This document shows positions 1-9,384 of a stretch of 32,000 bases of DNA, piece after piece. Each line of letters starts with the position of its first letter. The stretch's first letter is position 1. A program made the position numbers and the translations under genes. The notes under the pieces are model-generated. The model was given only the letters and a program-made list of their open reading frames with translations, made no database searches and had not been told where the DNA came from. The DNA comes from an uncultured Bacteroidota bacterium (lineage in GTDB: Bacteria; Bacteroidota; Ignavibacteria; Ignavibacteriales; Ignavibacteriaceae): the NCBI GenBank assembly GCA_963710745.1, contig CAVQBP010000025.1, positions 1 to 32,000 of the forward strand, read 5' to 3'.

Positions 1-264
1 AACTGATGTTCTTGTTTATGTTAAGTGGATTTATTATTAAATGCGAAGATTTTAACAGGTATAAAATTTGCTAATAAGACAATCAAAGAATCTATTGCAA
101 AAATAATTTTTTTGACTTAAGTTGAATTGAAAATAAAAATGAAGGGGAGAATCAGGCAATTCTTTTAAAAATATCCTCTTTAATGTAAAAAAGTAATTCA
201 TATAGCGAAATAACAAACAAAAAAGAATGATAAAGAAAACAGCTAAAATGAAACGGAGAAGTAA

Positions 265-1218
265 ATGGATTATAGGAAAGAATTAATAAACAATTATTGG
301 GAATATCAAGAACTGGCTTTCCCAAACATAAAAGAATATTTTAAATCATCTAAAATAAATGATAAGCCACCTGTTTTTTATCCGCAAACGGAATGGCTTA
401 ACGTTATTATTAATCCGGATGCAAATAAGGATGATATCAAAGATTTTCTAAATTTAATTCCACTTAAAAAAAGACATAGATGGTTTGGCAGTTTTAATAG
501 TTCACAAGCTTTGGCTTTAAGTATTTTAGGAAATCTTAAATCTAAGCTAGAGTATTTAGACGAAATAAAAGATGATGAATTTAATGAAGGATTATTACAG
601 AATGTTCAACCTTTCTCTCCTAAATTTTCATTGGAATTTAAAGTTAATTATTTGAATGAACCTAGAAATACAAGTATCGATGCTTTTGTTGGAGGTGAAT
701 ATCAGATTGCGATTGAATGCAAATTTACTGAAGAAGACATCGGGAATTGTTCACGACCAAAACTTACTATAAAAGATGCGAATTATTTTACTGATTTTTG
801 TAATGGTTCATATTCAATTCAGCGAGAAAGAACGGAAAGATGCTCATTAACCGAAATTGGAATCTTGTATTGGAAATACATTCCTTACTTATTCAATTGG
901 AAAATTGATATAGATTACTCTCCTTGTCCACTTAATTCGACTTACCAGTTAGTAAGAAATATTTTAGCAGCTTGTCTAAAACCCGATAGTGAGTTTCCAT
1001 CGGAAGATAACGGGCATGCATTATTACTTTATGATGAAAGAAATCCGTTTTTTCAAGCCGGTGGTAAAGGAAGTATTGCTTATTCCTTAACGAAAGACGC
1101 ATTAAAGAATAAAAGATTACTTCGTAAATGTAGCTGGCAGAAGATAGTAAGTCATCTTCGTTCAAAAAAAGAATTTGATTGGTTAACAAAAGAAATAAAA
1201 TTAAAATACGGTATATAA
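265..1218 (+). CDS. hypothetical protein, putative PD-(D/E)XK (restriction-endonuclease-like) nuclease
   Basis: 317-aa ORF. The segment SIDAFVGGEYQIAIECKFTEE gives D-x11-E-x-K, the PD-(D/E)XK core pattern. Convergent with the minus-strand block. No other domain recognised. Confidence 0.45.
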   Translation: MDYRKELINNYWEYQELAFPNIKEYFKSSKINDKPPVFYPQTEWLNVIINPDANKDDIKDFLNLIPLKKRHRWFGSFNSSQALALSILGNLKSKLEYLDEIKDDEFNEGLLQNVQPFSPKFSLEFKVNYLNEPRNTSIDAFVGGEYQIAIECKFTEEDIGNCSRPKLTIKDANYFTDFCNGSYSIQRERTERCSLTEIGILYWKYIPYLFNWKIDIDYSPCPLNSTYQLVRNILAACLKPDSEFPSEDNGHALLLYDERNPFFQAGGKGSIAYSLTKDALKNKRLLRKCSWQKIVSHLRSKKEFDWLTKEIKLKYGI

Positions 1219-1252
1219 AAAACAAAAATAAAGAAAGGGTCTGTAAAATAAT

Positions 1253-2129
1253 TTAAGCGACAAAATCTTGTTGATTTGGTATCAACTTTAGGATTTTCCC
1301 AATCGTCATCGGCGCACACCCCTCATAGTGATTATTTACATTCAAATAAACATCCACTCCTCTATTATTCAAATCTTTTATCATCTCAACTATATCTTTC
1401 AATTCCTCATCCCGAGGAATATAAATCTTATTCCAGTTCTCTCCCGATATTTTTTCGATTCCGCTTCTGTCCGGACCATGCAGCCTTATAATTGTCTGAC
1501 CTGTAATATATTCTTTGTATTTATTATAGATTCCTACAACCGGCGGCATAAAATATCCCTGAAGAAAAACATTTGGTAAGATCCAGGTCTTTTAGAAATT
1601 TGAAATAATTGGTGTTAAGATAATTCGGATTTCTAATTTCAATCGACATCGGCGGAACATCTGCCGGCAGGGAGGTGAAGAACCGGTGAAGGTGGTTTTG
1701 GAATTCCGACAGCGAAGACATTTTCTCCTTGTTAAGATACTCAAACTGGAAGATTAAAGAGCCGATTTGATTTTTTATCGGCTTCATTGTCTGCAGGAAC
1801 TCCTCAAACAGATCTACCGACATGAAGTGCGGATTCTTTTGTAGTGGTGCTGATTTATTCCTGTTATAGTAATGAGTAAGAGTAATTGAATTAGGAACTT
1901 TAATCGTGAACTTGAAATCTTCCGGAACTGATGCTTTATATTCTTCAACTGTTTTTTTCTCGGGAAGCTTAACGATATCAAACAAGGACCAGAACCACTG
2001 ATCGACTTCAACAGAGTTGTAATGTTTGGAATATTCTTTGAGATAATTAATTTCATCAAGCTGGGGATAAATTATTCCTTTCCAGGAATCATACTTCCAG
2101 CTGCAGGTGCCTATGATTAGATTTGACAT
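1253..2129 (-). pseudogene. DUF72 (YecE/UPF0759) family protein, split by a single frameshift
   Basis: The 201-aa ORF (1524..2129; MSNLIIGTCSWKYDSWKG...) and the 98-aa ORF (1253..1549; ...IIRLHGPDRSG...VYLNVNNHYEGCAPMT) together cover a full-length DUF72. The second frame is already open as KTWILPNVFLQGYFMPPVVG upstream of its ATG, so the frame switch lies at about 1570-1592. Confidence 0.7.
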
Positions 2130-2167
2130 AAAAATAAATTATACAAATTATAGGAATATGTAAAAGA

Positions 2168-2407
2168 TTACTTTTTATATTTCTCCTCAACCCTTTTCTC
2201 TATAGCTTCTCTTTCAGCTTTTAATATTTTTTGAAGAAAATCATTATACTTTTTTCTATTCTGGGTGCAACCCATACACGAACACTTCTTTTCGTCCAAA
2301 TCAAATATCCGGTAAAGCAGTTCTGCTTTAACTATGGCGGTATAATCTAGTTCATTAGGATTTATATCTCTTCCAAAGAGGTAGGATTTAAATTTTCTTT
2401 TAACCAT
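2168..2407 (-). CDS. hypothetical small protein (79 aa)
   Basis: ORF co-directional with the neighbouring ORFs, 30 nt after the upstream one. Lys/Glu-rich C-terminus. No recognisable domain. Confidence 0.4.
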   Translation of the reverse strand: MVKRKFKSYLFGRDINPNELDYTAIVKAELLYRIFDLDEKKCSCMGCTQNRKKYNDFLQKILKAEREAIEKRVEEKYKK

Positions 2408-2437
2408 TGTGAAAAAACAATTCGATAAATACAGGAA

Positions 2438-2737
2438 TTATATCAAAAAAAGCTTCTCAACCTTTGGTATCTGCTTATAAACATTTAAAAATGCTGTTTT
2501 GTATGAAATCCTGGAAGGAAAGCGGAATAAATCCTCCCCGTCTTTTTTAATCAATACATAATAAACTATTTCCGGTTTTTGGGTAAATAAATTATAATTT
2601 TCATCTTCATAAAAGGTGATATCATAACCCCTGTTTATTAAATCATTAAATTTTGATTCAAAATCATCCATTTTAACCTCCATAAAAATAGTGTACAAAT
2701 GTACACTATTATATTTTAAAATGTCTATATTTGCCAT
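2438..2737 (-). CDS. hypothetical small protein (up to 99 aa; an internal Met start is possible)
   Basis: ORF downstream of, and co-directional with, the NTPase gene. No recognisable domain. Confidence 0.4.
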   Translation of the reverse strand: MANIDILKYNSVHLYTIFMEVKMDDFESKFNDLINRGYDITFYEDENYNLFTQKPEIVYYVLIKKDGEDLFRFPSRISYKTAFLNVYKQIPKVEKLFLI

Positions 2738-4659
2738 AACATTTATGAAAATTTTTTATTGAAAAAATGGAAGAAAAGCAGAAACTCCTGGAATTTGAAA
2801 TTTCCATTAAGGAACGGACCAACTGGGGGGTTACCGGAAAAACGTTTTCAAATCAGGTATTAAAAACAAACCGGGTTACGGTATTAAACTCAAAATGCTT
2901 TAGTTGATCAAATGAATAAATTTTATTACAAGATGGATTAGTGCAGATTATTTTTTTTGAGCTCTCTAAAAAACTTTGTATAATTTTATTAAAATCGAAA
3001 GGTCGGGAAATAAAATACTTACGATATTTTGAACCCTCAGGTTTGCCCCACCTTAAATTACTTTCTGAACATAAACCATAGTTTAATGAATAAATTGATT
3101 GTTTTGAACCGTCTCGATCACTCATTTCATCATATTTAGAAATAAAGAAATTCAACTCCAGTGTACTTATAAATTTTTCATAAGTAGGATTAAAATAAAA
3201 ATGACTAGTGAATGGATTTGTCTTTGATAACTCGTATGCACTACCAGATAATTCATTTGTAATTATTCTTTTTCTTATATCAGAAAGTTCCACCAAAAAT
3301 AATCTGAGAAGTTCTTTTAACTGAAGAATCGATATTTTTTCATCGAAAGCCATTCGTGAAAAAGTTGTTTTTTCAAAAAAGCTAGATATTATTTTATTAT
3401 AGTACTTCTGTGATGCAGATATTAGTGCAGAACGATTTATTGGTTTATCAAAAATAATATTACTTTCATAACAATAGTAAAGAATATAACCAATTATTCT
3501 AGGAACGTTCATTGATATTTGAAAAAGCAACTCATAATAATCATCCATAGTATCTTTACTGGTATCAAAGAAATAATCACAAGATCTATTTGTAAAGTAT
3601 TCAATTCTTCTGATTACTAAACGTCTTGTAAAATCTATGGCTCTTTCTTCCATCGTTGACCTATCAAACTCTGAATAAAGGTTATAAAAATCTAAATCTA
3701 ATATGTCTATCTTACCCTTATCAATGCGTCCATAATAAACACGATTTGGATAAGCGGCAACTTTGAATTTAATAAACTCATCAGACCAATTGTTTAAAGG
3801 AGCAAGTAAAACATCTACAAAGGTTTGCATAGAAACGTCATCAATTTCAGAAAAATCATCAAGAAGTATATAAAGTTTCTTTATACCGAGAATCGATAAT
3901 ATATTTTTAATCTCAGTTATAATATCCTTAATACTAAATAATTGTATCAATATTTCAGAATATTTTTTTTCAAAAGCACCTTGAGATGATTGAGAGATAC
4001 TGGAGGTTAAATTGTTTCCATATTTAATTATAAAAGCAGGATTTGTTAAAGAAGCATTTATATCAATATCAGAATTAGTCCCTTCAGAAGATGTCCTAGA
4101 ATTTTCATTTGCAGAAAATAGTGTGGTATTTATTTGTTTGAGTAATGGAATTTCAATTGATTTTAGTTTCTCATTATTATCTATACAATCATATAGTTTT
4201 TCAAGTTCTTCTCTAACAATGTCTGATTTATCTAAACCTAATAGTTTTTTTAGTTGGGTAAGAATTGGTTTTGATTTTTTATCTAACTCTTCTTTTATTT
4301 CTTTTAACACATTTTGAAGAAAATTTCTTTCAAGAAGGTAATTATGTAGAATATTTTGTGGTATTATATCTTTAAGATAATCGAGAGAAATAAATTCTGA
4401 GCGTGATGAATCATAAATAGAAAACGTGTCAATATAACAAGATATGGTTTTGGGATCTTTTCTAATTTCTTGTTGTAATTTTAAGAAAATAGTTGATTTA
4501 CCAGTTCCTTTTCTTCCAATTAAATAAGTTGTGTTATCTTTTAGGCAAGAATTTAATATTTGATCCTTGGGTAACAAATCTGTATATAAATCATCAATAA
4601 GAGTATTCCCCTCATTATCCGATAATTCTGCACGTCTATACTTCTTTAATGAATCTACT

Positions 4660-4664
4660 GCATT
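4660..4664. repeat. target-site duplication GCATT (left copy)
   Basis: GCATT directly abuts the IS end and is identical to 7153..7157. Confidence 0.8.
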
Positions 4665-4714
4665 TGTTGATTCCGGTTGAAAATTGACCCAGTATTTCGG
4701 TCAAAACTGACCCA
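4665..4714. repeat. IS21 terminal inverted repeat (istB-proximal end)
   Basis: TGTTGATTCCGGTTGAAAATTGACCCAGTATTTCGGTCAAAACTGACCCA aligns with the reverse complement of 7102..7152. Confidence 0.85.
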
Positions 4715-4720
4715 TCTAAG

Positions 4721-5473
4721 TTAACTAGATTTAATTATATTTTTCAACCTAAAGCTCTTTCCATTTATTAAAAAAGGATAAGAATGATGTAATAGTCTGT
4801 CTAATACAGCAGCAGCAACTACATCGTCATTAAATACTTCACCCCATTCTTCAAAGGGTTTGTTAGTGGTAATAATAATCGAACCGGACTCATAACGTTT
4901 AGATATAAGCTGAAAGAATAATTTAGCAGTCTGTTTACTAAGTGCAAGATAACCAAGCTCATCGATAATAATCAAATCTACTCTTGAGAGACTGTCTAAT
5001 GTTTTATTAAGATTACCTGCAAGTTCAGCAGAAGCAAGTAAAACAGTCAGTTGTTCAGCAGTGAAAAATAGAACTCTTTTCCTTGCTTGTACAGCTTTAA
5101 CACCCAGAGCAGTAGCAAGATGAGTTTTACCAACACCGGGAGCACCAACAAATAGTATGTTCTTTGCTTCATCTAAAAAGTTAAGAGAAGCGAGTTCCCT
5201 GATTAGTTTTTCATTTATCTGAGGTTGATAAGAAAAATCAAATTCCTCCAGACGTTTTATTTGAGGGAAACCAGCGATCTGCATCTTGCGGTTAATTGAA
5301 CGTTCTATTTTGCTTAGAACTTCTATCTCCAAAAGCCGCTGCAAATAGTCTTGGTAACCCAGTTTTGCTTTTGCAGCTTTATCAGCTTCATTTCTATAAG
5401 ACTCTTTTATTCTATGAAGTGAAAGTGTCTTTAAGTATTGGTCCGTTAAGGTTTCAGATTTTCCTTCAGTCAT
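4721..5473 (-). CDS. istB: IS21-family helper ATPase IstB
   Basis: 250 aa. Walker A is GAPGVGKTHLA and Walker B is LIIIDELGY. Typical IstB/DnaC-like length and position downstream of istA. Confidence 0.9.
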   Translation of the reverse strand: MTEGKSETLTDQYLKTLSLHRIKESYRNEADKAAKAKLGYQDYLQRLLEIEVLSKIERSINRKMQIAGFPQIKRLEEFDFSYQPQINEKLIRELASLNFLDEAKNILFVGAPGVGKTHLATALGVKAVQARKRVLFFTAEQLTVLLASAELAGNLNKTLDSLSRVDLIIIDELGYLALSKQTAKLFFQLISKRYESGSIIITTNKPFEEWGEVFNDDVVAAAVLDRLLHHSYPFLINGKSFRLKNIIKSS

Positions 5474-5568
5474 AATGTTTATGCTCCTTTTATTTTAACT
5501 AATGTCCGCTCCACTTTCAGCTTCGCTACGAGATTTCTATGGTCTCTTCGCTGAAGCTGAAGTTCCGC

Positions 5569-7056
5569 TTAGAATAACTTATACTGTGATAATTCACGTT
5601 TTACCTGTCCTTTTGGTATTTCTGTTTTCGTTTTTATTGGTTCTATTCTAAATGATTGTTTATGATTCTTCTCCAGGTACCCGGAGATAAATGAATGATT
5701 AAATACATTGTATTCCATAGACTTATTTAATGCCTCAGTTAAATCAATCTTACTGTAGAGCTTTGATAGATAAAGTATCTGCTTTAGTTGCCTATGGGCA
5801 TTGATTCTTTTCTGAGCCAGAAGTTTTTCCAGAAACATGCTATACCCAGGAAAGCTTTCCAGGAACTTCTCTTTAAGTGTTTCAAAGCTTTCTGTAATGT
5901 CTCTATAGCTTTTGTAATGTTCCGGGATAATAATAGTGCTGCTTTTCTTAACTGAGAGCTGATGTTCTGTAATAAATTTATTTGACTGTGAGTATATCTG
6001 CAGGTAATAGCCTTTTGATATTTTTATCCAAACAAATTTCCCGGCAAACATCCAGGGAACTGAGTATCTTGAGCCGTTATAAGATATAAGACAATCGTAT
6101 GATACTTTACGAGTATCTTCTTTGACTCCTACATATCTGTTCTCTGGTAAGGTAAGTAAAGACAGTTTCTCTTTGTTAAACAAATCATCCGGTGTTGTTT
6201 TAGTTGTTGAATGGACTCTGTTGTTTACATCCTTCTGAAAGTCTTTAAGTTTGTTCTGAAGATCCAGGAAGTCTTCAAAAGAAGAACCTGCAATAAAGTG
6301 AGTCTCAACAAAGCTGAAGGGTTTTTCAACTTTACCTTTACTCCAGGGATGACCGGGAAGAGACCTTGAGGGACTAAATCCATAATGGGCACATAGAGTA
6401 AGATAACGAGGATTCCATTGGAAATTATTCTTGGAAGCATTGATAACAAATGCTTTAGCATTATCCGTCTGAACTCTAAGGCATGCACCTTCTGACTGAA
6501 TTATACTATTTTCCAGAGCTTCGAATATAGCTGCCTGGTTCTGAGAAAGTGATACTTCAAATATCTGGTAACGGCTGAATGAGTTGATGTAAGAGCAGAG
6601 ATAAATTTTGGTAAGCTCTCCTCCAATTAGAACCGTATATGGACTCCAGTCATACTGAGCCTGTTCTCCAGGTGCTGTCTCATAAGGAGTAAAGTGTTTT
6701 TGCTCAGAGATTTTTATTTTGGATAAGAAATCATAGAATGCTGTTTGACTTCCTTTATATCCTTTTGACTTTACTTCGTTAAGTATCCTTGAGCCCTTAA
6801 ACTTCTTCACATTGGTCATCTCGAATATAACATCTCTAAATGGTTCAAGAGCTGATACCTTCTTTTGTCGTTTATATTCGGGAACTTCGCTTCTTTGAAG
6901 AGCTTTCTTAACTGTATTACGGCTTATACCAAGCAGACTTGCTATTTGTCTTGACCCTAATCCGGGATTACGTTTTTTGAGATTTTTTATTGTGACCCAG
7001 TCTTCCATTGTAATCAACTCCTTGTCTCCTTGTAAATGTTTGTTTTTGTTAAACAA
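5569..7056 (-). CDS. istA: IS21-family transposase IstA
   Basis: 495 aa. N-terminal HTH (SRQIASLLGISRNTVKKAL) followed by a DDE/integrase-core-like region (YDWSP..., TDNAKAF...). The real start may be the internal MEDWVTIKN. Confidence 0.9.
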   Translation of the reverse strand: MFNKNKHLQGDKELITMEDWVTIKNLKKRNPGLGSRQIASLLGISRNTVKKALQRSEVPEYKRQKKVSALEPFRDVIFEMTNVKKFKGSRILNEVKSKGYKGSQTAFYDFLSKIKISEQKHFTPYETAPGEQAQYDWSPYTVLIGGELTKIYLCSYINSFSRYQIFEVSLSQNQAAIFEALENSIIQSEGACLRVQTDNAKAFVINASKNNFQWNPRYLTLCAHYGFSPSRSLPGHPWSKGKVEKPFSFVETHFIAGSSFEDFLDLQNKLKDFQKDVNNRVHSTTKTTPDDLFNKEKLSLLTLPENRYVGVKEDTRKVSYDCLISYNGSRYSVPWMFAGKFVWIKISKGYYLQIYSQSNKFITEHQLSVKKSSTIIIPEHYKSYRDITESFETLKEKFLESFPGYSMFLEKLLAQKRINAHRQLKQILYLSKLYSKIDLTEALNKSMEYNVFNHSFISGYLEKNHKQSFRIEPIKTKTEIPKGQVKRELSQYKLF

Positions 7057-7101
7057 ATCTATATAAGGAGATATTTTTAATTCATTTTCCTTTTACAAGG
7101 G

Positions 7102-7152
7102 TGGGTCAATTTTCAACCGGAAAAGTGGGTCAGTTTTCAGACGGAAAAAACA
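7102..7152. repeat. IS21 terminal inverted repeat (istA-proximal end)
   Basis: Its reverse complement is TGTTTTTTCCGTCTGAAAACTGACCCACTTTTCCGGTTGAAAATTGACCCA, with two internal sub-repeats like the other end. Confidence 0.85.
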
Positions 7153-7157
7153 GCATT
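7153..7157. repeat. target-site duplication GCATT (right copy)
   Basis: GCATT directly abuts the IS end and is identical to 4660..4664. Confidence 0.8.
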
Positions 7158-7621
7158 AAAAAAGTCATCAAGATTATTTTTCTCATAACTCATAGATACA
7201 CCTATTATGTCTTTTATCAATATAACAGCATTTTATTGTTGTTTTTTCTTAATAATTGGATTTATTCTTAGCTATATAGTTTTTGAATTAAGAAGACACT
7301 TAAAAAGGAATATTTGGTATGGAAGGCAGAGTATTAGAAGAAAAAGCCCCTATATTTAATATCCCTGAATACGTTCATTTTTAAAGTATATTAAAAAAAG
7401 AACATTTACAATAATAATTTATACTTTATTTAATTCTGAAATACTAATAGTTAAAAGTGAGTATTAGTTGGTAGGATAGGAATGAGAGTGATTAAGTGAA
7501 TAATATTTTCTAAAAAAATGAACACCCATATTAAATATTTTATCTAATGATGGTGGGTATAATAATTTTTATATAATTTTTAATCACTTAGTCACTAATT
7601 TGATATTTTCTTCAATATATT

Positions 7622-8227
7622 TCAGTGTGTTTCAAAATCATTTAACCAAGTACCTAATTTAATTGAACAGAATATTTCAAATATTGCAAGTTCTTCTACA
7701 TTATCTATATTAAATAACGCAACCTTTTGTTTCATCAAAAAGGTTTTTGCAGGTTCAACAAAGTTCTTAAAGTCAAACTGTTTGCGTTTACCTACATATT
7801 GATGACCATTCCGAAACTCATAAACAATTAATCCAATTTTAAATGCGAGTGTTGAAGTGTAATGACTTTTACCTTTTAAGTGCTGAAGGATTCTACCAAT
7901 CACTCCTTTTGATATTCCAACGTAAAAAGGTGTTGAATCAACAAAAAAGACATATAAACCTCTAAAATCAATTTTCTCTGTACCGTCTTTTGTTAAATAC
8001 GTTCTTAACCAATCCTCTTTGATTATGCCATCTTTAACTAGCAATTTTTTTGCAGTCTTTTCACCTTTGTTTAAACCAAAATAGTCCTCAACATTAAAAG
8101 TATTCTGTTTCGAATTTAATGACTTGAATCTTTTGTCAAGATTGCAAATAATTTCTTCAAATGTTTTATCGTATTTACGAGATTGACGGATTACTTTTAG
8201 TATTACCTTTTCAAGTTCTTCATTCAT
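7622..8227 (-). CDS. GIY-YIG-like nuclease domain protein
   Basis: 201 aa. GLYVFFVDSTPFYVGISKGVIGRILQH matches the GIY-x10-YxG-x7-R-x3-H layout, and a downstream acidic segment (EELAIFEIF) could supply the catalytic Glu. Starts 41 nt after orf371 on the same strand. Confidence 0.5.
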   Translation of the reverse strand: MNEELEKVILKVIRQSRKYDKTFEEIICNLDKRFKSLNSKQNTFNVEDYFGLNKGEKTAKKLLVKDGIIKEDWLRTYLTKDGTEKIDFRGLYVFFVDSTPFYVGISKGVIGRILQHLKGKSHYTSTLAFKIGLIVYEFRNGHQYVGKRKQFDFKNFVEPAKTFLMKQKVALFNIDNVEELAIFEIFCSIKLGTWLNDFETH

Positions 8228-8268
8228 TTACAAAACTTATATTGTGTTTAATGAAAAAATTAAAATTT

Positions 8269-9384
8269 CTAAAAAGGTGGCTCTTCTTCAAATTTAAATT
8301 TGCCCTTATAATTAAAATAATTTTTTAATATTCTACCAACATGACTCTCAATAAATTTATTTATATTTAATTTTGAGATTAGAGTATCTGGTATATCCAA
8401 ATACAAGATTAGTTCCTGATCGAAGTATCCAAAATCAATATCTTGTATACCTTTAAATGAATTATCATTGTCAATTTTAGAAATTCCAGCATTTATAATA
8501 TTTAATAACTGTTTTTTACAGATTGAATATTGAAACTGGATTTTATTATAATCAGAGACTATATCACTAAAAAATTCATCTCTTAAATCAGAATAGAATT
8601 TCTTATTCCAATTGAATAGTTCATCATAGCCACACAATATATTTTCAAAATTATCATATTTAACGATGTTAACTTTAAAAAACTCATCCTTACCACTGAC
8701 TATAAATCGGTTAATATAGTTGATATTGTTTACCTCATACCCATCAAGGTTAGACTGGTAAAAATTCATATTGACTAAATCTGTTTGTGCTACAGAAATT
8801 AAGTTAAAATTATAAAAACATTTTGATTGTTTTCTTTCAGATAGACTTTTTAACTCAAATGCTAATGCTTTGATTAAAGTTGAAATTGATTCAAAGATTT
8901 TTTTATCATTTTGAGGTGCACCATTTGTCTTTTTCATTTCTTGGAAGGCAAATACTTTTTTTTCAGTTTTATAAATATTATTTAAAAATTCTTCATGCTG
9001 TAAATTATTATTTATTCTATTCTTCCAATCTGAATTCTTAAGCATATATTCTATGTATCTTTCATTTGTCCAATTCGAGATTGGTAAATAATCAAGATTA
9101 GGGTCAAGTTTATCTGCATTTTTTGAAAGAAATACCCAATCATTTTCCTCGGATTTTTTACAGCTAATAAGTAAAGCCGTGTAATAATAAATATCTTTAA
9201 CAAGCTTTACTTTATAGGCGACTATATCGATTTCCCTCACATTCTCGGTAATATCGTCAACATAGTATCTGTTATTAATTACATTCCATTTGTGCTTGGA
9301 GAGGATTTCACTTACTTGATATTCTAATATGTACCCTGTTTTTTCAATTTGATTTTTATATAAGTCTATTTTCTCACTCATCAA
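8269..9384 (-). CDS. hypothetical protein with an N-terminal PD-(D/E)XK-like (Mrr/NERD-like) module, translationally coupled to hsdS
   Basis: 371 aa. YILEYQVSE...REIDIVAYK...ALLISCKKSE gives an E...D...(S)xK pattern. Its ATG overlaps the hsdS stop by 4 nt (ATGA). Confidence 0.5.
   Translation of the reverse strand: MMSEKIDLYKNQIEKTGYILEYQVSEILSKHKWNVINNRYYVDDITENVREIDIVAYKVKLVKDIYYYTALLISCKKSEENDWVFLSKNADKLDPNLDYLPISNWTNERYIEYMLKNSDWKNRINNNLQHEEFLNNIYKTEKKVFAFQEMKKTNGAPQNDKKIFESISTLIKALAFELKSLSERKQSKCFYNFNLISVAQTDLVNMNFYQSNLDGYEVNNINYINRFIVSGKDEFFKVNIVKYDNFENILCGYDELFNWNKKFYSDLRDEFFSDIVSDYNKIQFQYSICKKQLLNIINAGISKIDNDNSFKGIQDIDFGYFDQELILYLDIPDTLISKLNINKFIESHVGRILKNYFNYKGKFKFEEEPPF

Larger units (their letters stand above)
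4665..7152 (-). mobile_element. IS21-family insertion sequence (istA + istB), 2488 bp
   Basis: Two-gene istA/istB organisation. Ends are 5'-TGTT...AACA-3'. Imperfect terminal IRs of about 50 bp each carry two copies of a CCGKYTGAAAAYTGACCCA-like motif. Flanked by the 5-bp direct repeat GCATT. Confidence 0.9.
2853..7193 (-). pseudogene. P-loop NTPase gene (615 aa when reconstructed) interrupted by an IS21-family insertion
   Basis: Walker A is YLIGRKGTGKST. Walker B-like LYILLDDFSE lies about 200 aa later, after a low-complexity/coiled insert. The true start is ATG at 7193 (MSYEKNNLDDFFN). Removing 4665..7157 joins it in frame to AVDSLKKYRRAELSDNEGNTLIDDLYTDLLPKDQ..., the open frame upstream of the tracked 574-aa ORF (2853..4577, which begins at an internal TTG). 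Confidence 0.8.

Noticed and set aside
932-1225. 97-aa antisense ORF inside the 317-aa gene. Similar shadow ORFs occur at 1276..1579, 1814..2059, 4012..4317, 6225..6488, 10259..10477, 10611..10883, 11289..11519, 12076..12261, 13403..13861, 14265..15195, 18438..18930 and 19940..20155.
   Set aside because: All lie fully within, and antisense or out of frame to, longer ORFs with recognisable domains. They have low-complexity, Ser/Leu/Ile/Phe-rich translations typical of AT-rich shadow frames.
2762-2905. Short plus-strand ORF (MEEKQKLLEFEISIKERTNWG...) between the NTPase and the 99-aa gene.
   Set aside because: It is very short, overlaps the NTPase 3' end antisense, and has no RBS or motif support.
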